From assembly GCA_963734045.1 (NCBI GenBank), contig CAVTFU010000004.1, positions 2,428 to 66,427 of the forward strand: a stretch of DNA of 64,000 nucleotides. Direction: 5' to 3'. Shown one piece after another: positions 1 through 10,710 of the stretch. The stretch's first letter is position 1. Each line of letters starts with the position of its first letter. A model generated the notes under the pieces. It saw only the letters and a list, made by a program, of their open reading frames with translations, had not been told where the DNA came from and searched no databases. A program made the translations under genes and the position numbers. This DNA is from an uncultured Actinomycetes bacterium (GTDB lineage Bacteria > Actinomycetota > Thermoleophilia > Gaiellales > Gaiellaceae).

Positions 1-153
1 GTTCTCGGGCACACCGGCAACCTGCTCGGGACGATCTCGGTGGTCGCGGCGCGCGGCGACCGCCTTCTGGTCGCGGCCGCCAACGTCTACCCGCTGACCC
101 CGGTGCAGGAGCGGGCGTTCCAGCGCCTGCTCGACCGGGCGCTCTGCGGGTAG
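1..153 (+). CDS. C-terminal end of a probable serine hydrolase (beta-lactamase/D-Ala-D-Ala carboxypeptidase family), partial
   Basis: Frame 1 reads VLGHTGNLLGTISVVAARGDRLLVAAANVYP...* and contains the GHTG motif typical of this family's C-terminus. Confidence 0.5.
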   Translation, partial: VLGHTGNLLGTISVVAARGDRLLVAAANVYPLTPVQERAFQRLLDRALCG

Positions 154-250
154 GAACGGGTACGACGTCGACCGTGAGCGACTACGTTTCACCCGTGCAG
201 GTGTCGCGACGCCCGCCCGGGCTCGCCCGAACGAGGAGACCTCTGACGAG

Positions 251-1852
251 ATGAGCGCGACGACGACCGGGGTGGGCCTGGAGGAGCACGGGATCGACCC
301 GGCGGGCGAGGTGCTCCGCAACCCCACGACGTCGCAGCTGTACACCGACGCGCTCGAGCGCGGTGACGGCCGGCTGGCCGAGGGAGGGCCGCTCGTCGTC
401 GACACCGGGCAGTTCACCGGCCGCTCGCCGAAGGACAAGTTCGTCGTGCGCGAGCCGGGCTCCGAGGAGCGCATCTGGTGGGGGGACACCAACGTCGCCG
501 ATCGAGGAGGCGCAGTTCGACGGGCTGCGCCAGAAGGTCGTCGACCACCTCTCCGCGCAGCCGCGCCTCTACGTGATCGACGCCTTCGCAGGCGCCGACG
601 CCGGCGCACCGCATCGGCGTGCGCGTCGTCACCGCGAGCCCGTACCACGCGCTCTTCGCGAAGACGATGTTCATCCGCCCGACGCGAGGAGGAGCTGGAA
701 CGGCACGAGCCGGAGGCGCTCGTCCTGCACGCGCCCGAGGTGGAGGCCGACCCGGAGGTCGACGGGACGCGCACGGGGGTGTTCGTCGTGCTGCACCCGA
801 CCCGCGTCCGAGGTGGTGATCGGCGGGACGTTCTATGCCGGGCGAGATCAAGAAGTCGATCTTCACCGTGATGAACGACCGGCTGCCGCTCGAGGGCGTC
901 TTCCCGATGCACTGCTCGGCGAACGTCGGCGCGGCCGGAGACGTCGCGATCTTCTTCGGTCTCTCGGGCACGGGGAAGACGACGCTCTCGGCCGACCCGT
1001 CCCGGAGCCTGATCGGCGACGACGAGCACGGCTGGGGCTCGAACGGCGTCTTCAACGTGGAGGGCGGCTGCTACGCGAAGGTGATCCGGCTCTCCGCCGA
1101 GGCCGAGCCCGAGATCTACCGGACGACGCACACGTTCGGGACGATCCTCGAGAACGTGACGGTGGACGAGCGCGGCGTCGTCGACCTCGACGACGACTCG
1201 AAGACCGAGAACACGCGCGCGGCGTACGAGCTCGAGCAGATCCCGAACGCCCACCCGTCGAAGATGGCGGGCCACCCGCGAAACGTCGTCTTCCTCACGG
1301 CGGACGCCTTCGGCATCCTCCCGCCGCATCGCGCGCCTCTCGCGCGAACAGGCGCAGTACTGGTTCCTCTCCGGGTTCACGGCGAAGCTCGCCGGCACCG
1401 AGATCGGCGTCACGGAGCCGCAGCCGACGTTCTCGACGTGCTTCGGGTCAGCCCTTCGTCCCGCAGCGGCCCGTGGTCTACGCGGGCATGCTCGCCGACA
1501 ATCTGGAGGAGCACGGCGCGAGCGTGTGGCTCGTGAACACCGGCTGGACCGGCGGACCGGTCGGGGTGGGTCACCGGATGCCGATCGACGCCACGCGCGC
1601 ACTCCTGACCGCCGCGCTCTGGGGAGCTCGGACGGGGCCGAGTACCGGATCGACTCCGTGTTCGGCTTCGAGGTGCCGGTCGAGGTCCCGGGTGTCGATC
1701 ACGCCTTGCTCGACCCGCGCTCGACCTGGGCGGACGCGGAGGCGTACGACGCGAAGGCGGCCGAGCTCGCGGCGATGTTCCGCGAGAACTTCGAGCGGCG
1801 GTTCGCAGCCGAGGTCGAGCCCGCCGTCGCCGCCGCCGGGCCGCGGCCCTAG
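251..1852 (+). CDS. pckA: Phosphoenolpyruvate carboxykinase (ATP), several frameshifts
   Basis: [55 protein letters not shown] motifs spread over ORFs 251-871, 835-1536 and 1526-1852. Confidence 0.95.
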
Positions 1853-1968
1853 CGCGGCCGCGCCCCCAAACACGCCGGTCGCGCCGGTTAGCGGGTCGTT
1901 AGCGAGGCGGCCCATGGTGTGGGCGTGGTCGAGATCGACCAGCCCACGATCGGCCGCCGCGCCGCAGC

Positions 1969-2665
1969 GTGGCCTCGCGTCACCGCGGTCGGGAACGCGC
2001 AGTCCGCGCCGCAGCAGCCCTGGGAGCGTTTCTCGTGCTCGCGGTCGGCCTCACCGACGGCGGGTACTACGGGCGCGCGGCGACCGCGCTCGCGCTCGCG
2101 TCGGCCGCCGTCGCGGTGCTCGGCGCCCTGCACGGAGGCAGTGCGCGGCTGACGAGGGCGGGGCTCACGGTCCTCGCGGCGCTCGTCCTGCTCGCCTGCT
2201 GGATCGCGCTCTCGGCGACCTGGGCGGTGCCGGGCGCCCTCGTCGAGGGAGAGGTTCGGCGCGCCGTGGTCTATGCGTCCGCGCTCGCGGCGGTGCTGCT
2301 CGCGGTCGTCCGACCTCGCCGCGAGCCGCTCCTCATGGGGCTGGTCGGGGGGATCTCGTTGCTCGGCGCCGTCGTGATCGCGATGCAGGCCTCGTCGGGT
2401 GAGGTGGTCGATCGCTTCTACGGGACGCTGCTCACGGAGCCGGTCGGGAACCCGAACGCGCTCGGCGTGCTCGCGGCGCTCGGGATCACGCTTGCCATCG
2501 GGCTCGTCGACGGCCGGGAAGCGCGGGACCGGGCGCTCGGCCGCCGCCGCGAGACGCGTCCCGCGCGCGCAGGGGGGACGAGCAGGCAGACGCCGATTCC
2601 GAGCGCGAGCACGGCGCCGCGGCTTCCGCTGAGCCCCAGCACGAGGACGAGGAGCGCGGCCGAGC
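1969..2665 (+). pseudogene. O-antigen ligase/Wzy-like membrane protein, truncated, last segment inverted
   Basis: Multiple hydrophobic helices and PVGNPNALG motif on +; the expected following LSGSRG helix lies on the minus strand at about 2545-2665. Confidence 0.55.
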
Positions 2666-2719
2666 CGGGCTCGTTTCGACCGTCTCCCGAAGGGCTCGGC
2701 ATCGACCCAGCTCGGGACG

Positions 2720-3166
2720 GCCCAGCTGGTCTGCCTCAGTGCGGCGGGCTGCCCGGCCGGCGCCACGGACTACGGCTCACCGTTCGGCGGTGCCTGGACG
2801 TCGAACCTCTCGACGATTCCCGGCGCGGGTTGGATCTGGCGCCCTGGCGTGACCGGCGCGACACCTAACGCGGACTTCGACGAGGCCGTGTTCGCGAGGA
2901 CGTTCGTGCTCGCCGGCCGGCCGACGAGCGGGTGGATCGAGATCGCCGCCGACGACTCCGCCGAGGTGCGCGTCAACGGCGAGGTGGTCGGCTCGATCGG
3001 AGGTGGCTCGTACGGGAGCCTGACGAGGTTCGACCTCTCGTCCCCACTGAAGCCGGGGCGCAACACGATCGCGATCAAGGCCACGAACGGCCCCTGGTGC
3101 GGCACATGTCCGTTCTCCCAGAACCCGGCCGGAGTCGTGTTCGGGGGCATGATCACCGTCGGCTAG
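2720..3166 (+). CDS. Jelly-roll carbohydrate-binding-like domain (GH2/GH78 N-terminal type), no clear N-terminus
   Basis: GAGWIW...FARTF...IAADDSAEVRVNG...LKPGRNTIAIKATN pattern; frame is open upstream of 2849 to about 2720. Confidence 0.5.
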   Translation, partial: AQLVCLSAAGCPAGATDYGSPFGGAWTSNLSTIPGAGWIWRPGVTGATPNADFDEAVFARTFVLAGRPTSGWIEIAADDSAEVRVNGEVVGSIGGGSYGSLTRFDLSSPLKPGRNTIAIKATNGPWCGTCPFSQNPAGVVFGGMITVG

Positions 3167-3253
3167 TCGACGCGTGCGGGACGGCCCGGCCTGGCCGTCC
3201 CGCACGTCGCTCGGCCACCGGCGCAGGCAGTCCATCCGATAGGTTCAGGGGAG

Positions 3254-4955
3254 ATGGACTCCCCGTTCGACGTGCTCGTCGTCGGTGCCGGCTGCGCCGG
3301 CATGCGCGCCGCGATCGAGGCCCACGACGCCGGGGCGCGCGTCGCCGTCGTCTCGAAGCTCCACCCGACCCGCAGCCACTCCGGCGCCGCCGAGGGAGGC
3401 ATCAACGCCGCGCTCGGCAACAAGGCGGACGACGATCCCGAGACACACGCCTTCGACACGGTCAAGGGCTCCGACTACCTCGGCGACCAGGACGCGATCG
3501 AGATCTTCACGCGCGAGGCGCCGGGCGACATCTACCAGCTCGAGCACTGGGGCTGCGTCTTCTCACGCAACGCCGAGGGCAAGCTCGACCAGCGCCCGTT
3601 CGGCGCCGCGGGCTCGCCGCGGACCGTCTACTCGGCCGACATCACCGGGCACGTGCTCATCCAGGTGCTCTTCGAGCAGCTCGCGAGGCGGATGGAGCAG
3701 GGGCTCGTCGTCTTCGAGGAGTACTTCGCCTTCCGCCTGCTGGAGGACGACGGGCGTTGCAGGGGCGTCGTCTGCTGGGATCTCCTGAACGGCGGCGTCG
3801 AGGTCGTGCTCGGGGCCTCGACGATCCTCGCCACCGGGGGCATGGGCCGCCTCTACAGGGCGACGACGAACGCGTACGCCTGCACGGGCGACGGGATGGC
3901 GATGGCGCTCCGCGCCGGGCTGCCCCTCAAGGACATGGAGTTCATGCAGTTCCACCCGACGACGATGTACCCGTCGGGGATCCTGATCACCGAGGGTTGC
4001 CGCGGCGAGGGCGGCTTCCTGATCAACAAGGACGGCGAGCGGTTCATGAAGCGGTACGCGCCGAACGCGCTCGAGCTCGCCTCGCGCGACGTCGTCTCGC
4101 GCTCCGAGACGACCGAGATCGAGGCGGGGCGCGGGGTCAACGGCTCGGTGATGCTCGACCTCCGGCACCTCGGCCCCGAGAAGATCCTCAAGAAGCTGCC
4201 CGGCTCACGCGACCTCGCGATGACCTATGCGGGCGTCGACCCGATCTACGAGCCGATCCCCGTGCGGCCCGGCGCGCACTACCACATGGGCGGCGTCCAG
4301 ACCGACGAGTGGGGCCTGACCGAGCTCGAGGGCCTCTACGCCGCCGGTGAGGTCGCGTGTGTGTCGGTCCACGGAGCGAACCGCCTCGGCGGGAACTCGC
4401 TGATGGAGACGATCACCTTCGGACGCCGTGCCGGGCTGCATGCGGCCGAGCAGGCCCTCACGCGTGCCACGCGCGCGAACGGCCGCGCCGAGGCGGCACG
4501 GAGCGACGCCGAGGCGTGGGTGAAGGGGCTGCTGGACAACGCGTCCGGTGAGCGGCCGTGGCAGATCCGCGACGAGCTCGGCCAGTCGATGCTCGAGAAC
4601 TTCGGCGTCTTCCGCTACCCGGAGAGGATGGAGAAGCAGATCGGGGTGATCGGCGAGCTCCAGCGCGCGGCACGACCGCGGCATCGTGGTCGAGGACAAG
4701 GGCTCGGTCTTCAACAGCGACCTGACCCAGGCGATCGAGCTCGGCTACCTGCTCGACCTGGCCGCCGTGATGCTCCAGGCCGGCCTCGCGCGGCAGGAGT
4801 CGCGCGGCGCGCACTCGCGCCCCTCGGACTTCCCCGACCGCGACGACGAGAACTTCCTCAAGCACTCGATCACGCGCTGGGTCGACGGCGCGCCGCAGCT
4901 CTCCTACGGCGAGGTGCGGATGACGAAGTGGGAGCCGATGGCGAGGTCGTACTGA
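3254..4955 (+). CDS. sdhA: Succinate dehydrogenase/fumarate reductase flavoprotein, frameshift near 4665
   Basis: VVGAGCAG FAD fold, RSHSGAAEGG covalent-FAD His, QFHPT, HYHMGG, HGANRLGGNSL, RQESRGAH. Confidence 0.95.
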
Positions 4956-5037
4956 TGAGACAGAGACGGCACGAGTCGGCACGGACGTTGCACATCAGGC
5001 AACGAGCCGATAGAATTGCAGTGGGTGGTGGGTTGGG

Positions 5038-6165
5038 GTGCCCGGGCACCCACCACTGAACGTCGAGCTCAAGATCTGGCGCTACGACGCCTCGACGGGC
5101 GAGCGCGCACTCAAGCAGTACGCGGTCGACGTCTCGGAGGAGGCCACGCTGCTCGACACCCTCGACGCCGTCAAGGACAAGGTCGACGGGACGCTCGCCT
5201 ACCGGAAGAGCTGTCGGATGATGATCTGCGGCTCGTGCGGGATGCGGGTGAACGGCGGCGCGGTGCTCGCCTGCAAGGCGCGGATCCTCGACCTCGTCGA
5301 CGACGGTCGCGTGCCGGTGGTCTCGGCGATGGGGAATCTCCCGATCGTCAAGGACCTCGTCGTCGACATGGGCCCGTTCTGGCAGAAGATGCAGGCGATC
5401 CAGCCGTACCTGGAGCCGCGACTCGACGCGCCGGTCGACGGCGAGAACATCGTCCCGCAGGGGCGCATGGATGCGATCCACAAGGAATCGCTCTGCATCA
5501 ACTGCGGCTGCTGCGTCTCCGAGTGCAACTCGATGGAGTCCGATCCGGACTTCCTCGGCCCGGCGGCGCTCGCGAAGGGCTTCCGCTTCGTCGGCGATGC
5601 CCGCGACGGGGCGACGATCGAGCGCCTCGAGCGCTACAGCGAGGAGCACGGGATCTGGGACTGCACGCGGTGCTACTTCTGCAACGAGCGTTGCCCGAAG
5701 GGCGTCGATCCGCGCGACGCGATCGCGAAGCTGGGCGCCGAGGCGATGAAGGTCGGCATCGACCGCGACATGGGCGCGAAGCACGCCAAGTGGTTCGTCA
5801 CCTCGGCGAAGACGACGGGCTGGCTGCGCGAGACCGAGCTCGTGCCGAAGACGCAGGGCGTCGTGAAGGCGATCAAGGAGATCAAGTTCGCGATGTCGCT
5901 CCTCCCGAAGGGAAAGGTGCCGCCGCCGTTCCCGCCTCATGTCGCCGCGGACGTCAACGAGTCCCGCGCCCTCTTCGACCTCGTCAAGACGCAGGGGCGC
6001 GACGGCGCCGCGGGGATCGTCCAGGGCGAGAAGGCGCTCCTGCACCTCTCGGAGGAGGTCGGGATCGCGGGCGGCCCGACGGACCCGTACGACGACCCAC
6101 GCTCGTTCCCGAAGCCCTACCTTCCCGACGACGAGCCGGAGCAGGCGCCCGCCGGCGCCAACTAA
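5038..6165 (+). CDS. sdhB: Succinate dehydrogenase iron-sulfur subunit with C-terminal extension
   Basis: SCRMMICGSC [2Fe-2S], CINCGCCVSEC and CTRCYFCNERCP clusters. Confidence 0.93.
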   Translation: MPGHPPLNVELKIWRYDASTGERALKQYAVDVSEEATLLDTLDAVKDKVDGTLAYRKSCRMMICGSCGMRVNGGAVLACKARILDLVDDGRVPVVSAMGNLPIVKDLVVDMGPFWQKMQAIQPYLEPRLDAPVDGENIVPQGRMDAIHKESLCINCGCCVSECNSMESDPDFLGPAALAKGFRFVGDARDGATIERLERYSEEHGIWDCTRCYFCNERCPKGVDPRDAIAKLGAEAMKVGIDRDMGAKHAKWFVTSAKTTGWLRETELVPKTQGVVKAIKEIKFAMSLLPKGKVPPPFPPHVAADVNESRALFDLVKTQGRDGAAGIVQGEKALLHLSEEVGIAGGPTDPYDDPRSFPKPYLPDDEPEQAPAGAN

Positions 6166-6176
6166 CCTGTCGCACC

Positions 6177-7058
6177 GTGAAGCAGGTCGCCTACTACAAG
6201 GGGTGTCTCGCGAGCCTGTCGGCGAAGGAGCTCGACACGTCGACGAAGGCGCTCGCGCCGAAGCTCGGCTACGAGCTCCTCGAGCTCGACTCGGTCACCT
6301 GCTGCGGGGCCGGTGACATCCACGAGGCCGAGCCTGACTACTACCTCCACCTGAACGCGCGGATCCTCGCGTACGCGGCCGCCTCCGGCGCCGACACGCT
6401 GATGACGGTCTGCAACGTCTGCACGCTGAACCTGCGGCAGGCCAACCACCAGCTGCTGCACGACGCCGCGCTGCGGGCGCGGGTCAACGACAACCTCGAG
6501 CGGGTCGGAGCGCCGCGGTACGAGACCGACGTCGACTGCGTGCACTTTCTCTGGCTCGTCGCCGGTGAGAGCTTCCCGAAGCTGCAGGAGGTTGCGCACA
6601 AGGGTCTCCGTGGGCTGAAGATCGCGCCCTTCTACGGCTGCCAGATCCTCCGCCCGTCCAAGCTGATGGGCTTCGAGGATCCCGACAACCCCGACTCGCT
6701 CGAGCGGATCATCGCCGCCTGCGGCGGAGAGGCGATCGACTATCCCGCGAAGGTCAAGTGCTGCGGCTTCCCGATCATCCAGGCGCGCGAGGACACCGCG
6801 CTCGGCGAGCTGATCCAGCCCATCGAGCAGGCGAAGGAGGCCGGCGCGGACGCGATCGTGACGCCGTGCCCCTTGTGCCACCTCTCGCTCGACGCCTGGC
6901 AGTCCAAGCTCAAGAAGCAGACCGGCAAGGACTTCCAGATGCCGATCCTCCACCTCTCCCAGCTGATCGGCGTCGCCGCGGGGCTGGCCGACTCCGAGCT
7001 CCGCTTCAAGCGGCACGTGGTCTCGGTCGAGCCGGTCATGGAGAAGCTGGCGCTCTAG
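6177..7058 (+). CDS. CCG-domain (HdrB-like) protein, probable type-E SDH anchor subunit
   Basis: YYKGC...TCCGAG...CNVC and FYGC...KCCGFP...TPCPLCHLSLD: two CCG domains directly after sdhB. Confidence 0.88.
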   Translation: MKQVAYYKGCLASLSAKELDTSTKALAPKLGYELLELDSVTCCGAGDIHEAEPDYYLHLNARILAYAAASGADTLMTVCNVCTLNLRQANHQLLHDAALRARVNDNLERVGAPRYETDVDCVHFLWLVAGESFPKLQEVAHKGLRGLKIAPFYGCQILRPSKLMGFEDPDNPDSLERIIAACGGEAIDYPAKVKCCGFPIIQAREDTALGELIQPIEQAKEAGADAIVTPCPLCHLSLDAWQSKLKKQTGKDFQMPILHLSQLIGVAAGLADSELRFKRHVVSVEPVMEKLAL

Positions 7059-7140
7059 CTTGCTCGCCAAGCAGGATTCGGCAGAAGCCGAATCCCGCGG
7101 CTCGATTCCCGCCTGCGGCCGGGGCACAGCCTGAAGGCGC
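7059..7140 (+). repeat. Double-hairpin intergenic repeat, copy A
   Basis: gcaggattcggc-agaa-gccgaatcccgc + ggctcgat + second hairpin + cctgaaggcgc; homologous to copies at 48.6 and 50.7 kb. Confidence 0.75.
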
Positions 7141-7316
7141 GCTCTGCCTGTTGCGTCAGGCCCGATTCGGCAGGAGGCGACCGCTGCACTATCCGCCGAA
7201 CGATGGACGGAAACGAGCGATTTCCAGGTATTTCTTGCGAAGCAGGCGAGTCTCGTAGGCTATCCGCTGAAGAGGGTCGGGTGCACTCCCTGATCGGCCC
7301 CTCTGCGTCCTGCCCT

Positions 7317-7739
7317 GTGAGCGACGGATCGGAGGACAGCGTGGCAAAGGCGATCTCGAGCGACGTGCGGGCGGAGTTGGCCTCCGTGCCGCGCTCCTAC
7401 TTCGCCGCTGTGGACCGACTGGACGTCGACGACGTCCTGTCCCACTTCGCGGACGATGCGACCCTGACGGTGCAGACGGACGGCGTCACGTTCACCGGAG
7501 CCGACGAGATCCGGCGGATGTTCACGGACTTCTTCGCGAGCTGGGACGCGATGGTCCACGACATCACGAACGTCGTCGTCGACGACGCCGCGCGGCGAGC
7601 GGCGACGGAGCAACGCGTGACGTTGACCAACGGTGGGACGGACACGCCGATGTACAACTGCAACTTCTTCACCATCAACGACGATGGCCGGTTCGATCGG
7701 GTCATCATCTGGATGGACGGGAGCAACCCTCTGAGATAG
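7317..7739 (+). CDS. SnoaL-like/NTF2 family protein
   Basis: YFAAVDRLDVDDVLSHFADDAT...GADEIRRMF...CNFFTINDDGRFDRV. Confidence 0.8.
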   Translation: MSDGSEDSVAKAISSDVRAELASVPRSYFAAVDRLDVDDVLSHFADDATLTVQTDGVTFTGADEIRRMFTDFFASWDAMVHDITNVVVDDAARRAATEQRVTLTNGGTDTPMYNCNFFTINDDGRFDRVIIWMDGSNPLR

Positions 7740-7823
7740 GCATGCGCCGAGAATCGAAGGTGGGCACCCGGTTCGCGAAGCGACGGCCGGCAGGCGCGCC
7801 GCCCGAGCACGGCGGGCCGCCGC

Positions 7824-8621
7824 TCAGCCGACTCGGCGGAACGCGATGATGCCGGTCGGGACCTGCCGCTGGTAGTCCGGTCGGTTGACGGACGTTCCGT
7901 GCCAGTTGACGTTCGCGCTGGAGTCGATGTCCATCCCCAGCGCCTCGACGAAGCCGAGCCCGAGCAGCGCCTGCGCGAACTGGCGGGCGGAGGTGCCTGC
8001 GCCGCCGATGACGACGAGCGCCGTCTGCCCGTTCCGCAGCCGCCCGACCGCTGTGCGATGGTAGGCGTGGTCGCGTTGATACGGCTCCAGCGTCGTCAGG
8101 TCGCCGACGTGGCCGTCGTGGACGTAGACGGGCTTGCCGGAGATCGCCTCGCGCACCCCCTCTTGGATGAGATCGGCGTCCTTCACGTTCCCGGCGACGA
8201 TGTCGACGCTGCCGTCGGCGCCGAACGCGGCGGCGCCGCGGTTGGTGCCGCCGAGGAAGCTGCGACCCTTGTGGATCAGCAAGTTGCCGGACGGGACGTT
8301 GCGGGCCAGCAGGAAGAAGTCGCCGTTGAGGCCGGCGACTGCGCCGCGCCCGGCGTTGGCGCGGATGTACCCGCCCACGGTCCCGGTGCGCCCCGGACCA
8401 CCGCCCAGCCAGACGGCTTCGAGCCGCACCCCCCGACCGGGGACGATGCGAACGATGTGAACCGGCCGGGGTCCGGCGCCGGTGGCAATCGTCCTCGTGC
8501 TCGAGGTGACCGCGGGAACCGCCGCCGCCGTCGTGGACGCCAGGGCCGCGCCGAGCGCCGCAACCGCAACGGCGAGCGCCGATGCCCACATCACCCGCCT
8601 GACCACTGCATCACCCCCCAC
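7824..8621 (-). CDS. Secreted phosphodiester glycosidase (NAGPA-like) family protein
   Basis: Signal peptide; AVAGLNGDFF, RTAVG, EALGMD motifs. Confidence 0.7.
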   Translation of the reverse strand: MGGDAVVRRVMWASALAVAVAALGAALASTTAAAVPAVTSSTRTIATGAGPRPVHIVRIVPGRGVRLEAVWLGGGPGRTGTVGGYIRANAGRGAVAGLNGDFFLLARNVPSGNLLIHKGRSFLGGTNRGAAAFGADGSVDIVAGNVKDADLIQEGVREAISGKPVYVHDGHVGDLTTLEPYQRDHAYHRTAVGRLRNGQTALVVIGGAGTSARQFAQALLGLGFVEALGMDIDSSANVNWHGTSVNRPDYQRQVPTGIIAFRRVG

Positions 8622-8907
8622 CGCCTCCCGGGCCGGCCGTGGCGCGACGTGGCGCCGCGACGATCATCCCGTTGCAGCGAGTCTATCCCCACCGTGATCG
8701 TCGGAACAGGCCACGGCCCGGCGTCGCAAGTGGGTCCGGGGCGGGATGCCCCGGCAAGAATGGAGCTTCCGCACGCGGTTCGGGAAGCCGCTGCTCGATC
8801 CCCCGCCTCCGGCGGGGGCGGACCCACTCTCGTGGCCGCACATCTCTCTGCCGCCGACGGTCAAGGTTGCCGCCGGCTGCGGAGTGGTCGCTCTCTACAG
8901 TGCTGCG

Positions 8908-9738
8908 GTGCTCGCGGTCCTGATCGTCGCCCTGGCGGTGCTCGCCGTCGCCGTCGTCGCGTACGGCTGGTTCGAGGCCGGCTGGCTGCGGACGCGCGTG
9001 CTGGAGGTCGAGCTGGAGGGCCTGCCGGAGGCGCTCGACGGGCTCCGGATCGGCCACCTCTCCGACTTCCACCTCGGCGCGCCGCTCTCCCGCGGTAACG
9101 GGGCGAGTGCACGCGCGGTCGACTGGGTCGCGGCGCGGAAGCCCGACTTCGTCTGCGTCACGGGCGACCTCGTCTCGCATCCGCGCGGCGAGCCGCGGCT
9201 CCGCGCGCTTCTGGCCCGGCTCGACCGGCCGTACGTGATCCTGGGCAACCACGACGTCGCCGTCACGCGCGACCCGTTCTCCCGCGCGGCCGAGCTGCGC
9301 GACCTCGAGCAGGCCCGCCTGTTGCGCGACGACGCGGAGACGGTCACCGTGCGCGGCGAGACCGTCTCGGTCGTCGGCGTCGACCCGGAGACGTACCGCG
9401 CCCGCCGCGCGCGGCCCCACACGCTCGTGCGACGGCGACGCCGGCGTTCCGCCTCCTCCTCTGCCACTTCCCCGGAGTCGCACGGCTCCTGCCCGCCGGC
9501 TCTTTCGACCTGATCCTCGCCGGGCATCTCCATGCGGGGCAGATCTGCCTTCCGTGGCCGGGGCGACGCGTGACCCTGGCGCACCCTCGCGCACGCTACG
9601 TCGCGGGCCTCTACGCGACCGATGCGGGCGTCATGCACGTCTCCCCGGGGTCCGGGACGACCTTCCTGCCGTTGCGGCTCTTCGCCCGGCCCGGAGGTGA
9701 CGGAGCTCGTCCTCCGCTCGCCGCGAGCCACCGCCTGA
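8908..9738 (+). CDS. Metallophosphoesterase (YkuE/YaeI-like), frameshifted
   Basis: HLSDFHLG, TGDL, LGNHD, LAGHLHAGQ, RPEVTEL motifs. Confidence 0.85.
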
Positions 9739-9789
9739 GACAACGCTTGTGTTGAAGTAACACGCGTCGTCGCCTCTAGACTGGCCGGG

Positions 9790-10088
9790 GTGGAGCACGC
9801 GGTGATCTCGCACGACGTCCTGGCCGCGTACGCGGCGGACGCGGCCCGCGAGGTCGACGGGGTCGTCGAGCTCGTCGAAGGCGCTCGTCGTCACCGTGGC
9901 GTGAGGGTCACCGAGGACGAGGGCACGTTCGTGCTCGAGGTGCACGTCGCCGTCGGCTGGGGCACGCGTGCCCCGGACGTCGGGGCGGCCGTCCAGCGCC
10001 GCGTCGCCGAGTACGTGCGCCGCACGGCGAAGGTTCGACCGTGACGGTCGACGTCGTGGTCGCCGGCGTCGCTGCGCCGGACCGCTGA
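9790..10088 (+). CDS. Asp23/Gls24 family envelope stress protein, frameshift near 3' end
   Basis: ISHDVLAAYAADAAREVDGV...GVRV...VQRRVAEYV...VDVVV. Confidence 0.75.
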
Positions 10089-10089
10089 G

Positions 10090-10710
10090 ATGGCCACGGG
10101 CGTCTCCGGTCTGACGCGCGGCACGCTCCACTCCGCCCCGTCGGTGTGCCGCGACTGCGTGTGGTGGCAGTCGCGCGGGAACAGGACGGCCTCGAAGGAG
10201 CGCTGGATGGAGCGGGCCGAGGAGGAGTTCGGGGAGTGGGGGACGATCTACCTCGACGAGGGCGGGCGGCTGCTCGGCTCGCTGCAGTACGGCCCGTCGC
10301 ACCTCTTTCCGCGCGCCGCCGACCTGCCCGCCGGCCCCGCCTCGGACGACGCAGTGCTCGTCACGTGCTCGTACCTCGTGGGCGGCGGTGCGGAGTGGGT
10401 CGAGAAGTCGCTCCTCCTCGCCGCGATCGGCGAGTCCCGCGACCGCGGCGCCGCGGCAATGGAGGCGTTCGCGTACCGCTACCCGGAGGGCGAGTCGGTG
10501 GAGGAACGGTTCCTCGTCCATCGGACCGTGTTCCCGCGCGACTTCCTGGACGAGTTCGGCTTCGCGACCGTTCGCTCGCAGGGCCGCGTCGAGCTCTGCC
10601 GGCTCGAGCTCGGCGGGCTGGAGCCGGTCGAGGAGGGCAGGCGCGCGAAGGTGCTTCGGGTCGTGCAGGAGGCGTTCACGCCGACGCCCGCGCCGGTGCC
10701 GCGGCCCTGA
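10090..10710 (+). CDS. GNAT-like conserved actinobacterial protein
   Basis: CRDCVWW, QYGPSHLFPRA, DAVLVTC, MEAFA pattern. Confidence 0.55.
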   Translation: MATGVSGLTRGTLHSAPSVCRDCVWWQSRGNRTASKERWMERAEEEFGEWGTIYLDEGGRLLGSLQYGPSHLFPRAADLPAGPASDDAVLVTCSYLVGGGAEWVEKSLLLAAIGESRDRGAAAMEAFAYRYPEGESVEERFLVHRTVFPRDFLDEFGFATVRSQGRVELCRLELGGLEPVEEGRRAKVLRVVQEAFTPTPAPVPRP

